From an uncultured Gammaproteobacteria bacterium (lineage in GTDB: Bacteria > Patescibacteriota > Patescibacteriia > S139-126): DNA of 64,000 bases. The DNA lies in assembly GCA_964620905.1 (NCBI GenBank), contig CAZUKA010000002.1:25496-89495 (forward strand), written 5' to 3'. Position 1 is the first letter of the stretch; every line of letters starts with the position of its first letter. The notes under the pieces were generated by a model that saw nothing but the letters and a program-made list of their open reading frames with translations, did no database searches and was not told the DNA's origin. This document shows positions 19,665-28,403 of this stretch, piece after piece. A program made the position numbers and the translations under genes.

Positions 19665-20936
19665 TTATAATTCTTGATAAAGAGGAAATTTAGTCGTTAA
19701 ATCAGTGACGATTTTTTTGACTTTGTTTTTGGTAACTTCATCGCCAATATTTTTTATAACCTCTACTATCAATTCGCCCACTAGTTTTGTTTCCTCTTCT
19801 TTTAAACCGCGGGTGGTGATTGCTGGAGTGCCCAGTCTTAAACCCGATGGGTCAGTTGGTTTTCTCTGTTCACCCGGGATACTATTTTTATTGGTATAAA
19901 TTCCCACTTCATCCAGAACAGTCTCTACCTCGCGACCGCTATGCCCGGTATTTGTTAGATCGATCAGTAATAAATGGTTGTCAGTTCCGCCACTGACTAA
20001 TTCCAAACCATTATCTTGTAAAGTTTGGGCCAATGTTTGGGCGTTGTTTATGACTTGTTGCTGATAGTTTTTGAATTCAGGCAACAGTACTTCTTTGAAA
20101 GCCACAGCTTTGGCAGCAATAATATGTTCTAGAGGGCCTCCTTGGGTGCCAGGAAAGACCGCACTGTCTACGCTCTGCGCCAAATCTTTTTTGGCCATTG
20201 GTTCTAAGCGATTTTTATTTTTACTTAAAATAATTGCCCCTCTAGGACCGCGTAAGGTTTTGTGAGTAGTAGCTGTTACTATATCAGCTAGGGGAATAGG
20301 ATCAGGATGAAGTCCAGTAGCAACAAGGCCAGCAATGTGAGCCATATCTACCATAAAATAAGCTCTGATTTCATCAGCAATTTCTTTGAAAGCAGAAAAA
20401 TTTATAGTTCGAGGATAGGCGGAAGCACCGGCTAAAATAAGTTTTGGTCGATGACGAAGAGCTAAATCTCTGACATCATCAAAGTCAATTAGTCCATTTT
20501 TAGTATTTACACCATAGTGAATAAAATGATAAAATTTTCCAGAAAAATTTACTTTATGTCCATGCGTCAAATGTCCCCCTTCAGATAAACTCATTGACAA
20601 TACCGTATCACCCACTTCAAGTAAAGCAAGATAAGCAGCCGCATTGGCTTGAGAGCCAGAGTGTGGCTGGACATTGACATGTTCAGCTTGAAAAATTTCT
20701 TGCGCTCGAGCAATAGCTAATTTTTCTATTTGGTCAATAAATTCATTGCCACCATAATATCTTTTGTCTGGATATCCTTCCGCATATTTATTGGTAAGTA
20801 TGCTACCGACTGCTTCCAATACTGCCTGGGAGACATAATTTTCCGAAGCAATCATTTCCAACCCCTTTCGTTGTCTAGATAACTCTTGGCTGATAATTTT
20901 GTATATTTCTGAGTCAAATTGTTGTAGGTGTTTCAT
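19665..20936 (-). CDS. glyA: Serine hydroxymethyltransferase
   Basis: [21 protein letters not shown] and [11 protein letters not shown] motifs; start placed at MKHLQ. Confidence 0.98.
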   Translation of the reverse strand: MKHLQQFDSEIYKIISQELSRQRKGLEMIASENYVSQAVLEAVGSILTNKYAEGYPDKRYYGGNEFIDQIEKLAIARAQEIFQAEHVNVQPHSGSQANAAAYLALLEVGDTVLSMSLSEGGHLTHGHKVNFSGKFYHFIHYGVNTKNGLIDFDDVRDLALRHRPKLILAGASAYPRTINFSAFKEIADEIRAYFMVDMAHIAGLVATGLHPDPIPLADIVTATTHKTLRGPRGAIILSKNKNRLEPMAKKDLAQSVDSAVFPGTQGGPLEHIIAAKAVAFKEVLLPEFKNYQQQVINNAQTLAQTLQDNGLELVSGGTDNHLLLIDLTNTGHSGREVETVLDEVGIYTNKNSIPGEQRKPTDPSGLRLGTPAITTRGLKEEETKLVGELIVEVIKNIGDEVTKNKVKKIVTDLTTKFPLYQEL

Positions 20937-20995
20937 GTAGGTAATTTTAATCATTGCCATCACATTTGGCAAATAAAAAACCCCCTTAGAGAGGG

Positions 20996-21337
20996 TTATA
21001 TTTTGATTCTGAGTCTTTTAAGACTTGGTTTTTTTATTGTTGGAAATTTTTCCAATAATTTCTTTATTTTTATATAGTCGCTAGGATTAATGTATATGAC
21101 ACTATAAAAACATTCGTCTTGATATCTGAACTCATTTTTCATGTAGCAGTTTGGGTTATCGGGAATTTTTTGTTTGCTATTTTTACTCCAGCCATTTTTT
21201 TTAAAGTCTTCATGCTTGACTGTTCTATCGCGATATTTTTTATTGATGTTTTGTTCAAATAAAGATTCAAACTCTGAAAAAAATTTTCTTGGTATGATTA
21301 GAGGTATTTGCAAAAAAGCAATAATTCTTAGTTCCAT
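20996..21337 (-). CDS. Hypothetical protein
   Basis: 113-aa ORF with own upstream region and terminator hairpin. Confidence 0.5.
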   Translation of the reverse strand: MELRIIAFLQIPLIIPRKFFSEFESLFEQNINKKYRDRTVKHEDFKKNGWSKNSKQKIPDNPNCYMKNEFRYQDECFYSVIYINPSDYIKIKKLLEKFPTIKKPSLKRLRIKI

Positions 21338-21452
21338 TTTATTTCCCTTTTTAATGAATGAATGTCTTAGTGTAGATTATTTTTGTTTAATTGTCAACTC
21401 AGTTTTTAGTTTAAGATCCAATTTAACTATAAAACCGCCTTTGGAGCGGTTT

Positions 21453-23066
21453 TTATAGTTTTTTTACCATATAGGTGCCTTGCAGATGATAACCCAATTT
21501 TTTACGATAGTATTCTCTGACTCCAATGCCGGCAATAACAGCCATTTTTTTAAAGCCATTTTTTTGAGCAATATTTTCCGCTTCTTGCATCAATCTTTTA
21601 CCTAAGCCTCGATGTTGAACTTTGTCAGAGTTATTACTATCATGACGAACCAATTCACCATAAACATGTAGTTCTCTGACTAGGGCAGCATTTTTTATTT
21701 CTGGAAACAAAACTTTGTTTTGTTTTGCATTTAGACGCAAACGCACAAAACCATAGATGGCAGTACGGTTTTTATTTTCCAAAGAAATAAAAAATTCTTT
21801 ACCCCCGCCAGCTTCATATTCATCAAGAAACAATTGGGCTTTATCCAAGTCATTACTTTGGTAGCGGGCTTCGCGACAACGAATACAGTGGCAGCGCAAG
21901 TTTCTTTTTTTTAGTTCCGCCTGTAGCATTTCGCGCAGATTGGTTATTTTATTACCAGCGCGGATACTTTGTTCAGGAAAATCACGAATCAGCCGATTGA
22001 TGCGACAGTAGAAAGGAACAATTTGTTTTAATTCTAGTAGTAGGTCAAATAGTTTTTTTTCAGGGTAAGGTTGGTATTTACCAGATTGATACCATTCATA
22101 AAGTGGGGCAAATTCACTGACAATGGTTGGATAAATTTTGATTTGGTCGGGACGAAAATTTGGGTCGGCGAAAATTTGCCATAAAGTTTTTTTGTCTTTT
22201 GCCAAAGTTGCACCCGGTAGGTTCTGCATAACATGATGATCAATTTTAAAACCATTTTCACGCAAGCGTCTGGTAGCAATAATTGAATCTTTGATCAAAT
22301 GTCCGCGAACTATTAAATCCAAAATTTTATCATCCAGTATTTGAATGCCAAGTTGTACTCTAGTGCAACCCAAAGTGCGTAGTCTTTTGGTTTCTTTTTC
22401 GGTCACCCAATCTGGCCTAGTTTCCAAAGTAATACCAATGATGCGGTAGGTTGCGGTTTCATTTATTTTTTGAGCTTGGGATAAACTGTAAGAACGGTAT
22501 TTTTTTGGAATGGATTTATTAGCAAAGACATAGGGGAAATAGTTGGCTGCTTCAAAACAACGTTTGATGAACCATTGTTGGTAAGACCAAGGATAAGCTG
22601 ACCAAGTGCCACCTAACACCAAAAGTTCTATTTTGTCTGGTTCATGACCATTGAGAAAAAGTGCTCGCATGCGATTGTGGACTTGCCAGTAAGGATCAAA
22701 TTTATTAGCAACAGCCCGCATCGCTCCTGGTTCAGTAGAGAGATAACTCTTGGGCATCCCAGGTTCCAACGGACAATAGATACATTTTCCTGGACAGGGA
22801 TAGGGTTTGGTAAGCACAGTAATAGGTGTTACCCCGGACAAGGTTCGGGTAGCCCTAACTTTTAGTAGTTCATTGATTTTTTGTTGCGGTTTTACTTTTT
22901 TATTTTTTATAAGCTTTTGATATACTAAACGTAGCTCGTTTTTTGGTTGAGGCGGTAGTTTATAATGAGTGGAAATTTTTCTGTTAATAGCTAAAAATTG
23001 CTCTTCGGTAGTAGTCGGATGAGCAAGTAGAGCATTGATAATTTCTTGTTGGGCAACTTGTTTCAT
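21453..23066 (-). CDS. elp3: Elp3 family tRNA U34 carboxymethyltransferase (radical SAM + GNAT)
   Basis: RTLSGV, CPGKCIYCP, PKSY, ETRPD, KIYPT, CIRCRE, RELHVYG, QHRGLG and IAGIGVREYYR motifs. Confidence 0.95.
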   Translation of the reverse strand: MKQVAQQEIINALLAHPTTTEEQFLAINRKISTHYKLPPQPKNELRLVYQKLIKNKKVKPQQKINELLKVRATRTLSGVTPITVLTKPYPCPGKCIYCPLEPGMPKSYLSTEPGAMRAVANKFDPYWQVHNRMRALFLNGHEPDKIELLVLGGTWSAYPWSYQQWFIKRCFEAANYFPYVFANKSIPKKYRSYSLSQAQKINETATYRIIGITLETRPDWVTEKETKRLRTLGCTRVQLGIQILDDKILDLIVRGHLIKDSIIATRRLRENGFKIDHHVMQNLPGATLAKDKKTLWQIFADPNFRPDQIKIYPTIVSEFAPLYEWYQSGKYQPYPEKKLFDLLLELKQIVPFYCRINRLIRDFPEQSIRAGNKITNLREMLQAELKKRNLRCHCIRCREARYQSNDLDKAQLFLDEYEAGGGKEFFISLENKNRTAIYGFVRLRLNAKQNKVLFPEIKNAALVRELHVYGELVRHDSNNSDKVQHRGLGKRLMQEAENIAQKNGFKKMAVIAGIGVREYYRKKLGYHLQGTYMVKKL

Positions 23067-23069
23067 AAT

Positions 23070-23810
23070 ATGAAAAAAAACAAAGCGGAAAAAATAATTA
23101 AGCAACTAGCAGTTGGCTATGATCTCATTGCGGACGATTTTTCCGAATCAAGATACAAAATCTGGCCGGAAATGACTGTTTGGCAAAAGCATATTCTGGC
23201 GGGACAAAAAATTTTAGATATTGGCTGTGGTAATGGTCGGATGATGCAACTTTTGACTGATAAAAATATTGAATATGTTGGTTTTGATATTTCCGGTAAA
23301 CTCATCAATATCGCGCGCGACAAGTGTCAGCAGTATAGCTTTAAAACAGTTGATTTTCAAGTCGGTGATATGAGGAATCTGCCTTATCAGGAAAATATAT
23401 TTGATATCATATTGGCCGTAGCGGTACTACATCATTTACCTCATCCTGATAATCGTTGGCAAGCGTTACAGGAGATTTATCGGGTTTTAAAACCGGGTGG
23501 TTTGTTACTTATGAATAATTGGTATTTTTGGAACGCTTATGCCAATAAAAAATATCAAATAAAAAAACAGATCTTAGTCAATTGGTGGCGGGGATTGGAA
23601 AAGCAAGGGTTGTTTATCCCTTGGAAAAATACAAACGGACAACCAATAATGAATCGTTATTACTATGCTTACAAAAAAAAAGAATTAGCCCACCTTTTAA
23701 ATCAATCTGGATTTTTAGTTGTTAGCCACCAAGTAGTTGGACGTCAAATAATAGAAAATAAAACCGCCAAGTTTGAAAGTTTATTGACAGTAGCTCAAAA
23801 ACCCAACTGA
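23070..23810 (+). CDS. Trm9/ALKBH8-like class I SAM methyltransferase
   Basis: YDLIADDFSESR...WP, LDIGCGNGR, AVLHHL, RVLKPGG, IPW and RYYY...EL motifs. Confidence 0.8.
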   Translation: MKKNKAEKIIKQLAVGYDLIADDFSESRYKIWPEMTVWQKHILAGQKILDIGCGNGRMMQLLTDKNIEYVGFDISGKLINIARDKCQQYSFKTVDFQVGDMRNLPYQENIFDIILAVAVLHHLPHPDNRWQALQEIYRVLKPGGLLLMNNWYFWNAYANKKYQIKKQILVNWWRGLEKQGLFIPWKNTNGQPIMNRYYYAYKKKELAHLLNQSGFLVVSHQVVGRQIIENKTAKFESLLTVAQKPN

Positions 23811-23855
23811 TTTATTTTTTTCTTTTAAAATGTTAAAATAAGAAAAACAACAACT

Positions 23856-25010
23856 ATGAAAAAAATATTATTATTTATTGTTATTGTAATATTTTTTGGG
23901 GGTAGTACAGCTAGTGCCCAAACTATCAATGATAACCATTTTGCCAGCGGTGAAAATTTAGTAATTGAGGGTAATTATCAAAAAGATTTATTTTTATTTG
24001 GTACCAATATAAATTTTGCCGGTACGGTTAGAGGTGATTTATTTTTATTTGGACAAAATATTAAAATCAGAGGAGATGTTGAAGGCAACGTTTTTTTCTT
24101 AGCTGGAAATATTGAATCTGATACTTATATCGGTGGATCACTTAGAGGGGTTGCGCAACAAGTGAGTTTGAAAAATAGGATAGGAAAAAATGTCACCTTG
24201 GTTGCCCAAACGATTGATTCTACTGCTCTGGTTGGTTGGCATGGCTATTTTACCGCCACCAATATGAATATTGGCGGTGAATTTGAACGTTTAGATGTTA
24301 AGGCAGTTAAGGCTGAGCTTGGACCAAGGGTATATTCGGCATTGGTTATTTCCAGCCCAACCCCTAATAGTCGAATAGTTATTAGTAAAACAGCCGAAAT
24401 TGATGGTAATCTTGACTATCAAGGACCAAATAAATTGCAGGTAGATGAGGGAGCGGTAATCCACGGTCAAGTAAGTGAAAATTTATTGACTGTAAAAAAA
24501 TATCAGCAATTTTCTTTTGACAAGATTTTTTGGTGGCTAGTGTTTTTGTTTGGCTTATTGGCGGTTGGTTTGGTTCTTATTAATTTTTTGGATGTAAAAA
24601 TTTTAACTTTCAATAACATTATCACCACGGAAAAATTTAGTTTGCTAACTTCGGGTCTGGCGATATTTTTTCTGGTGCCATTGTTGATAATAATATTATT
24701 TGTCAGTTTTATTGGCATCCCCTTGTCTTTGCTATTATTGTTTATTTATTTTGCCTTGTTTTACTTAGTACAGGTTTTATTGGCAATTTGGTTGGGTGAT
24801 TTATTATTGAGTAAAGTAAGCAATAAACCAAAATTGACTCCAATAAATAAAAAATATTTATTTTGGTGTCTAGTAGTAGGAGCAGTAATTTGGCGGCTAT
24901 TGCTGATTGTTCCGGTGTTTGGTAGTTTGTTGCATTTATTATTCTTTTTACTTTTATTGGGCGCCATTTGGCGAAAATATAAGTTGAGTCTTAAAGAAAC
25001 GAAAATATGA
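23856..25010 (+). CDS. Bactofilin-like beta-helix protein with C-terminal TM domain
   Basis: Signal peptide, repeated G.V.GD/N.F..G units, several C-terminal TM helices. Confidence 0.75.
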   Translation: MKKILLFIVIVIFFGGSTASAQTINDNHFASGENLVIEGNYQKDLFLFGTNINFAGTVRGDLFLFGQNIKIRGDVEGNVFFLAGNIESDTYIGGSLRGVAQQVSLKNRIGKNVTLVAQTIDSTALVGWHGYFTATNMNIGGEFERLDVKAVKAELGPRVYSALVISSPTPNSRIVISKTAEIDGNLDYQGPNKLQVDEGAVIHGQVSENLLTVKKYQQFSFDKIFWWLVFLFGLLAVGLVLINFLDVKILTFNNIITTEKFSLLTSGLAIFFLVPLLIIILFVSFIGIPLSLLLLFIYFALFYLVQVLLAIWLGDLLLSKVSNKPKLTPINKKYLFWCLVVGAVIWRLLLIVPVFGSLLHLLFFLLLLGAIWRKYKLSLKETKI

Positions 25011-25855
25011 GTTTAGATATTAAAGTCAGAAAAAAAACCAACCCTTCCAATTCAAAAAATATGGTGGCAAATCCCATCAAACCAGAAATTGTTAAATCAA
25101 ATAAAACTACCAATCAACCGCCTCCACCAGAAAAAAAATCCAAACAGAAAAAGTACAAGAATTTCTGGTGGTGGTTTTTGTTTTTGATTTTATTTTTTGT
25201 TTTTGTCATTATTTTATTTTTTATCTGGCAACAAAGTAAGGAAGGCATATTAAATACAGGACAGTCAAAACAGGCAACACCTGGTATTGTTTCAACTTTT
25301 ACTCCACCAGTGGTGTTAGATGATTCTACTTCCCCAAACAACCAGACAAGTGAAGATTTTGATTTTGATCTCTTGACTGGTAGAGTTGATGATTTTGATC
25401 AGGTATTTACGGAAGTAAGTTATAATTTATCTGCTACTAGTACTGGTTTCGCTACTGGTAGTGCTAAAGTTTTAGAAACTGAAGAAATCAATAAGCGTTT
25501 TGTTGATTTATTTAAACAAGCTAAAGAGTTATATATTTTTTTGGATAAACAAGTGATGCAATTGAAAGATAAACTTGAAGAAAATAACTTGAATGGTGAT
25601 AGTATTGATGATTATTTAAATAATAGTGATGATTTTTTATCGCGTATTTCCGGTGAATTGCAAGTGATGGAGGCATTTTTAGAACTTGATGAAAATCAAA
25701 ATTTTGCCAATGAAATTATGATATCTTTCAAAAATATGAATGATTATTTTAAACAAATCAGAAATATGACCAAATTAATCAATCAGCAGATTACAGAAAA
25801 TTTAAACATTGATTCCGATATTTCTACTAGTACAGCTACCTCTACTTTAAATTAG
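25007..25855 (+). CDS. Membrane-anchored hypothetical protein
   Basis: Basic N-terminus, single TM, acidic helical C-terminal domain. Confidence 0.65.
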   Translation: MSLDIKVRKKTNPSNSKNMVANPIKPEIVKSNKTTNQPPPPEKKSKQKKYKNFWWWFLFLILFFVFVIILFFIWQQSKEGILNTGQSKQATPGIVSTFTPPVVLDDSTSPNNQTSEDFDFDLLTGRVDDFDQVFTEVSYNLSATSTGFATGSAKVLETEEINKRFVDLFKQAKELYIFLDKQVMQLKDKLEENNLNGDSIDDYLNNSDDFLSRISGELQVMEAFLELDENQNFANEIMISFKNMNDYFKQIRNMTKLINQQITENLNIDSDISTSTATSTLN

Positions 25856-25957
25856 AAATTATATTTTACCAGTGATTGATGGTTATTTGTTATTTTGAGA
25901 GTAATAGATTATTTTTTAAATTTTGCTATAATTATATTATTAAATAATAAACATTTT

Positions 25958-26185
25958 ATGGCCGACAAAGTCAAAAAAATTGAGGTCGATCGTGAGTTAT
26001 GTATTGGTGCTGCTTCATGTGTTGGTATTGCGCCGGAGGCTTATGAGTTAGATGAAGAAAACATTGCTATTGTTAAGCAGGGCTGGGAATCATTATCAGA
26101 CGAAACGCTAATTGCTTCAGCAGAAAGTTGTCCGACTAAAGCTATTTTTGTTTACGGTGCCAACAACGAACAAATTTTTCCTTAA
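25958..26185 (+). CDS. Monocluster ferredoxin (3Fe-4S type)
   Basis: VDRELCIGAASC...AESCPTKAI. Confidence 0.92.
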   Translation: MADKVKKIEVDRELCIGAASCVGIAPEAYELDEENIAIVKQGWESLSDETLIASAESCPTKAIFVYGANNEQIFP

Positions 26186-26186
26186 G

Positions 26187-26216
26187 TTCGTAAGGTTAAA
26201 TTTCGTAAGGTTAAAT
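26187..26216 (+). repeat. Perfect 15-bp tandem duplication
   Basis: TTCGTAAGGTTAAAT x2 in the intergenic gap. Confidence 0.85.
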
Positions 26217-26224
26217 ATTTTTTT

Positions 26225-26566
26225 ATGAGATTTATTTTCCGTTGGTTAATTAATGCCTTATTACTTTTATTGGTGGCATATGTTTTTCCAGGTATAGAAG
26301 TGACTAGTTTTTATATTGCTCTAATTACCGCGGCTGTTTTGGGATTGGTAAATGCTTTGATTCGACCAATTATTATACTAATTACTTTACCTATAAATTT
26401 ACTTACCTTGGGGTTATTTATCTTAGTTATCAATGCCTTATTGTTTTTATTTGTTGCTTCTTTTATTGATGGTTTCACGATTACTGATTTTTGGTCGGCT
26501 TTTTGGGGAGCGCTATTTTTGAGTTTAGGTTCTTGGTTTTCCAATAAATTTATTGCCAAAAATTAA
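26225..26566 (+). CDS. YvlD/DUF360 4-TM membrane protein ('phage holin family')
   Basis: LGLVNALIRP..ITLP..LLTLGLF..VINA signature. Confidence 0.88.
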   Translation: MRFIFRWLINALLLLLVAYVFPGIEVTSFYIALITAAVLGLVNALIRPIIILITLPINLLTLGLFILVINALLFLFVASFIDGFTITDFWSAFWGALFLSLGSWFSNKFIAKN

Positions 26567-26568
26567 TT

Positions 26569-27180
26569 ATGGGCAATTTTTTTAACAAATTAATTCCAAA
26601 ATTGAGACAAGAATTTATCCTGGTAATTTTTTTATTGGCCGGTTATGCCGTTGCCCAACTAGATCTAAATCAAATTCAGGTTTCAATGATTTACAGTGCT
26701 TTATTGTTTTTGTTGGTGGTATGGTTGATAAAGATTTTTATCAGAGAAGATTTTACTAGGTATTATAAAAGTTTTATTATTTTGGTGTCTGGCATAGCGA
26801 TGTTGGCAATAGGTTTATATTCTTTTATTAGTTATTATTTACAAATTATTGCCAATCAAACCTATTCAATCATTGAATATTTTTATCTTTTTTTTCCAGG
26901 GTGGGTAATGTTGGAAGGTGCGCTAATGTTATTTATATTAAATTTTGATAGTGCTATCAAAAGTTTTGATTTAGCTGGTAAGGTAGAAATTACCGAACCG
27001 TTATTAGGTGATTATTTGACGGTAGCCCTAGCTACCGTAGTATTGATTATTTTGGGAGATTTTATTCTTGATTTTCCTTGGCATTTGAATATCTGTTTAG
27101 TGCTCACGGTTAATTTGATAGTTATTAACCAATTTGCTGGACAAGTTGATCAACCCAAAAAAATTAAAGAAAAAAAATAA
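26569..27180 (+). CDS. Multi-pass membrane protein
   Basis: About six hydrophobic segments. Confidence 0.65.
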   Translation: MGNFFNKLIPKLRQEFILVIFLLAGYAVAQLDLNQIQVSMIYSALLFLLVVWLIKIFIREDFTRYYKSFIILVSGIAMLAIGLYSFISYYLQIIANQTYSIIEYFYLFFPGWVMLEGALMLFILNFDSAIKSFDLAGKVEITEPLLGDYLTVALATVVLIILGDFILDFPWHLNICLVLTVNLIVINQFAGQVDQPKKIKEKK

Positions 27181-27353
27181 TGTGGCAGAATATTTTAAAT
27201 TTTATTTTAATGTTATTTGAGCAGATTATAGATCTTCGAAAGTAAAAATCCGCATGTTGTGCGGATTTTTTAAAATTAAAAAAATTTAGTTAATAAAGTT
27301 TAAATTCTAACTTTTCCTAAATTATCTCATTTAAATCACTTCAACCCTAAATT

Positions 27354-28016
27354 TTAGGTTTTATTTATTTTGTGCCATAACCACCACGAATAGCCCATAG
27401 TAAAAAAAACAGTTAAAAAAATTGTTAGTCCAAAAATCCAAATATAAATTTTAGGATCAAATAAAATTCCTAAGATCATCAATAAGCCAGATAGAAAAAA
27501 TATTTTTCCACCTAGACGGTGAGTTTTATTCCAGATCTCTTCGTTGGCCAGAGTCCAAGGCGTACGAATACCTACAAACCAGTTTTTTTTCACTTTAGGT
27601 AGCAGATTCCCAATTACCATAAACAATAAACCAATACTCAAAGGAACAATTTTAGCGATTGGTACATTGTAACCGAGACAGTTGCAGGAGCTTGCTAAAT
27701 AAAGCAGAGTAAAAAGAGTTACTAAAGATAAGCGAATAGATTGGTAAGCCGTGGAAAATTCCTCATAACGTTTTTTAAAAGGATCAAATAAAGGTAAATA
27801 TAAAAGTAATAAATATAAAAATAGAATAAGCCCGGGGAAGAAAAAAGCAGCAAAAGTTTTATTTGACCAACCATCTGGTTGTCCGGCTAAATTCCAATGG
27901 ACTGGAACAGAATCGGGAAAATTAGAAAAAAAATAAATACTAGCCAGGAAGTTTATAATTATTAAAATTACTGCCCATTGTTCTTTTTGCCAATTGATCT
28001 GGTAAGGTAATTTCAT
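27354..28016 (-). CDS. sdpI: SdpI family immunity membrane protein (DUF1648 + SdpI)
   Basis: VPVHWNLAGQPDGW and NWFVGIRTPWTL.NE.IW.KTHR motifs. Confidence 0.9.
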   Translation of the reverse strand: MKLPYQINWQKEQWAVILIIINFLASIYFFSNFPDSVPVHWNLAGQPDGWSNKTFAAFFFPGLILFLYLLLLYLPLFDPFKKRYEEFSTAYQSIRLSLVTLFTLLYLASSCNCLGYNVPIAKIVPLSIGLLFMVIGNLLPKVKKNWFVGIRTPWTLANEEIWNKTHRLGGKIFFLSGLLMILGILFDPKIYIWIFGLTIFLTVFFTMGYSWWLWHKINKT

Positions 28017-28024
28017 ATAGTAAG

Positions 28025-28291
28025 TTAATATTTAGTAAATATTTTTGTCAGTTGGCTGATAATTTCTTCTAGCACCGATAGGTTAAGACTATAAATAATA
28101 TTTTTTCCTTGACGTCGACGGGAAATAAGACCGACAGTATATAGAATATTTAGATGGTAAGAAAGTGAAGCTCCACTTATACTAAAATGAGATAACAGTT
28201 CGCTGACCGACAAATCCTTTTTTTTGAGCAAGTTTAGGATTTTTTGTCGATTGCTGTCGGCTAGAGCCCAAATGATATTTTTGGTGGACAT
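28025..28291 (-). CDS. sdpR: ArsR/SdpR family repressor
   Basis: ALAD.NR..IL..L...S..SLSYHL..L...GL...RR.G..I.Y; directly upstream of sdpI. Confidence 0.88.
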   Translation of the reverse strand: MSTKNIIWALADSNRQKILNLLKKKDLSVSELLSHFSISGASLSYHLNILYTVGLISRRRQGKNIIYSLNLSVLEEIISQLTKIFTKY

Positions 28292-28325
28292 AAATAACAT
28301 TTAGATATATATCTAAATGTTATTT
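28292..28325. promoter_or_regulatory. Perfect 34-bp palindrome, probable SdpR operator
   Basis: AAATAACATTTAGATATATATCTAAATGTTATTT abuts the sdpR start codon. Confidence 0.75.
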
Positions 28326-28403
28326 TATTTAGACTTATTTGTCAATAGATGTTTTTTAAAGTAGTGTTTTTTGTGTTATAATAATTATGAATTTTAAAAC
28401 CCT

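Noticed and set aside
26225-26566. Prophage suggested by the 'phage holin family' gene
   Set aside because: The YvlD/DUF360 family is a common chromosomal membrane protein, and there are no phage genes nearby
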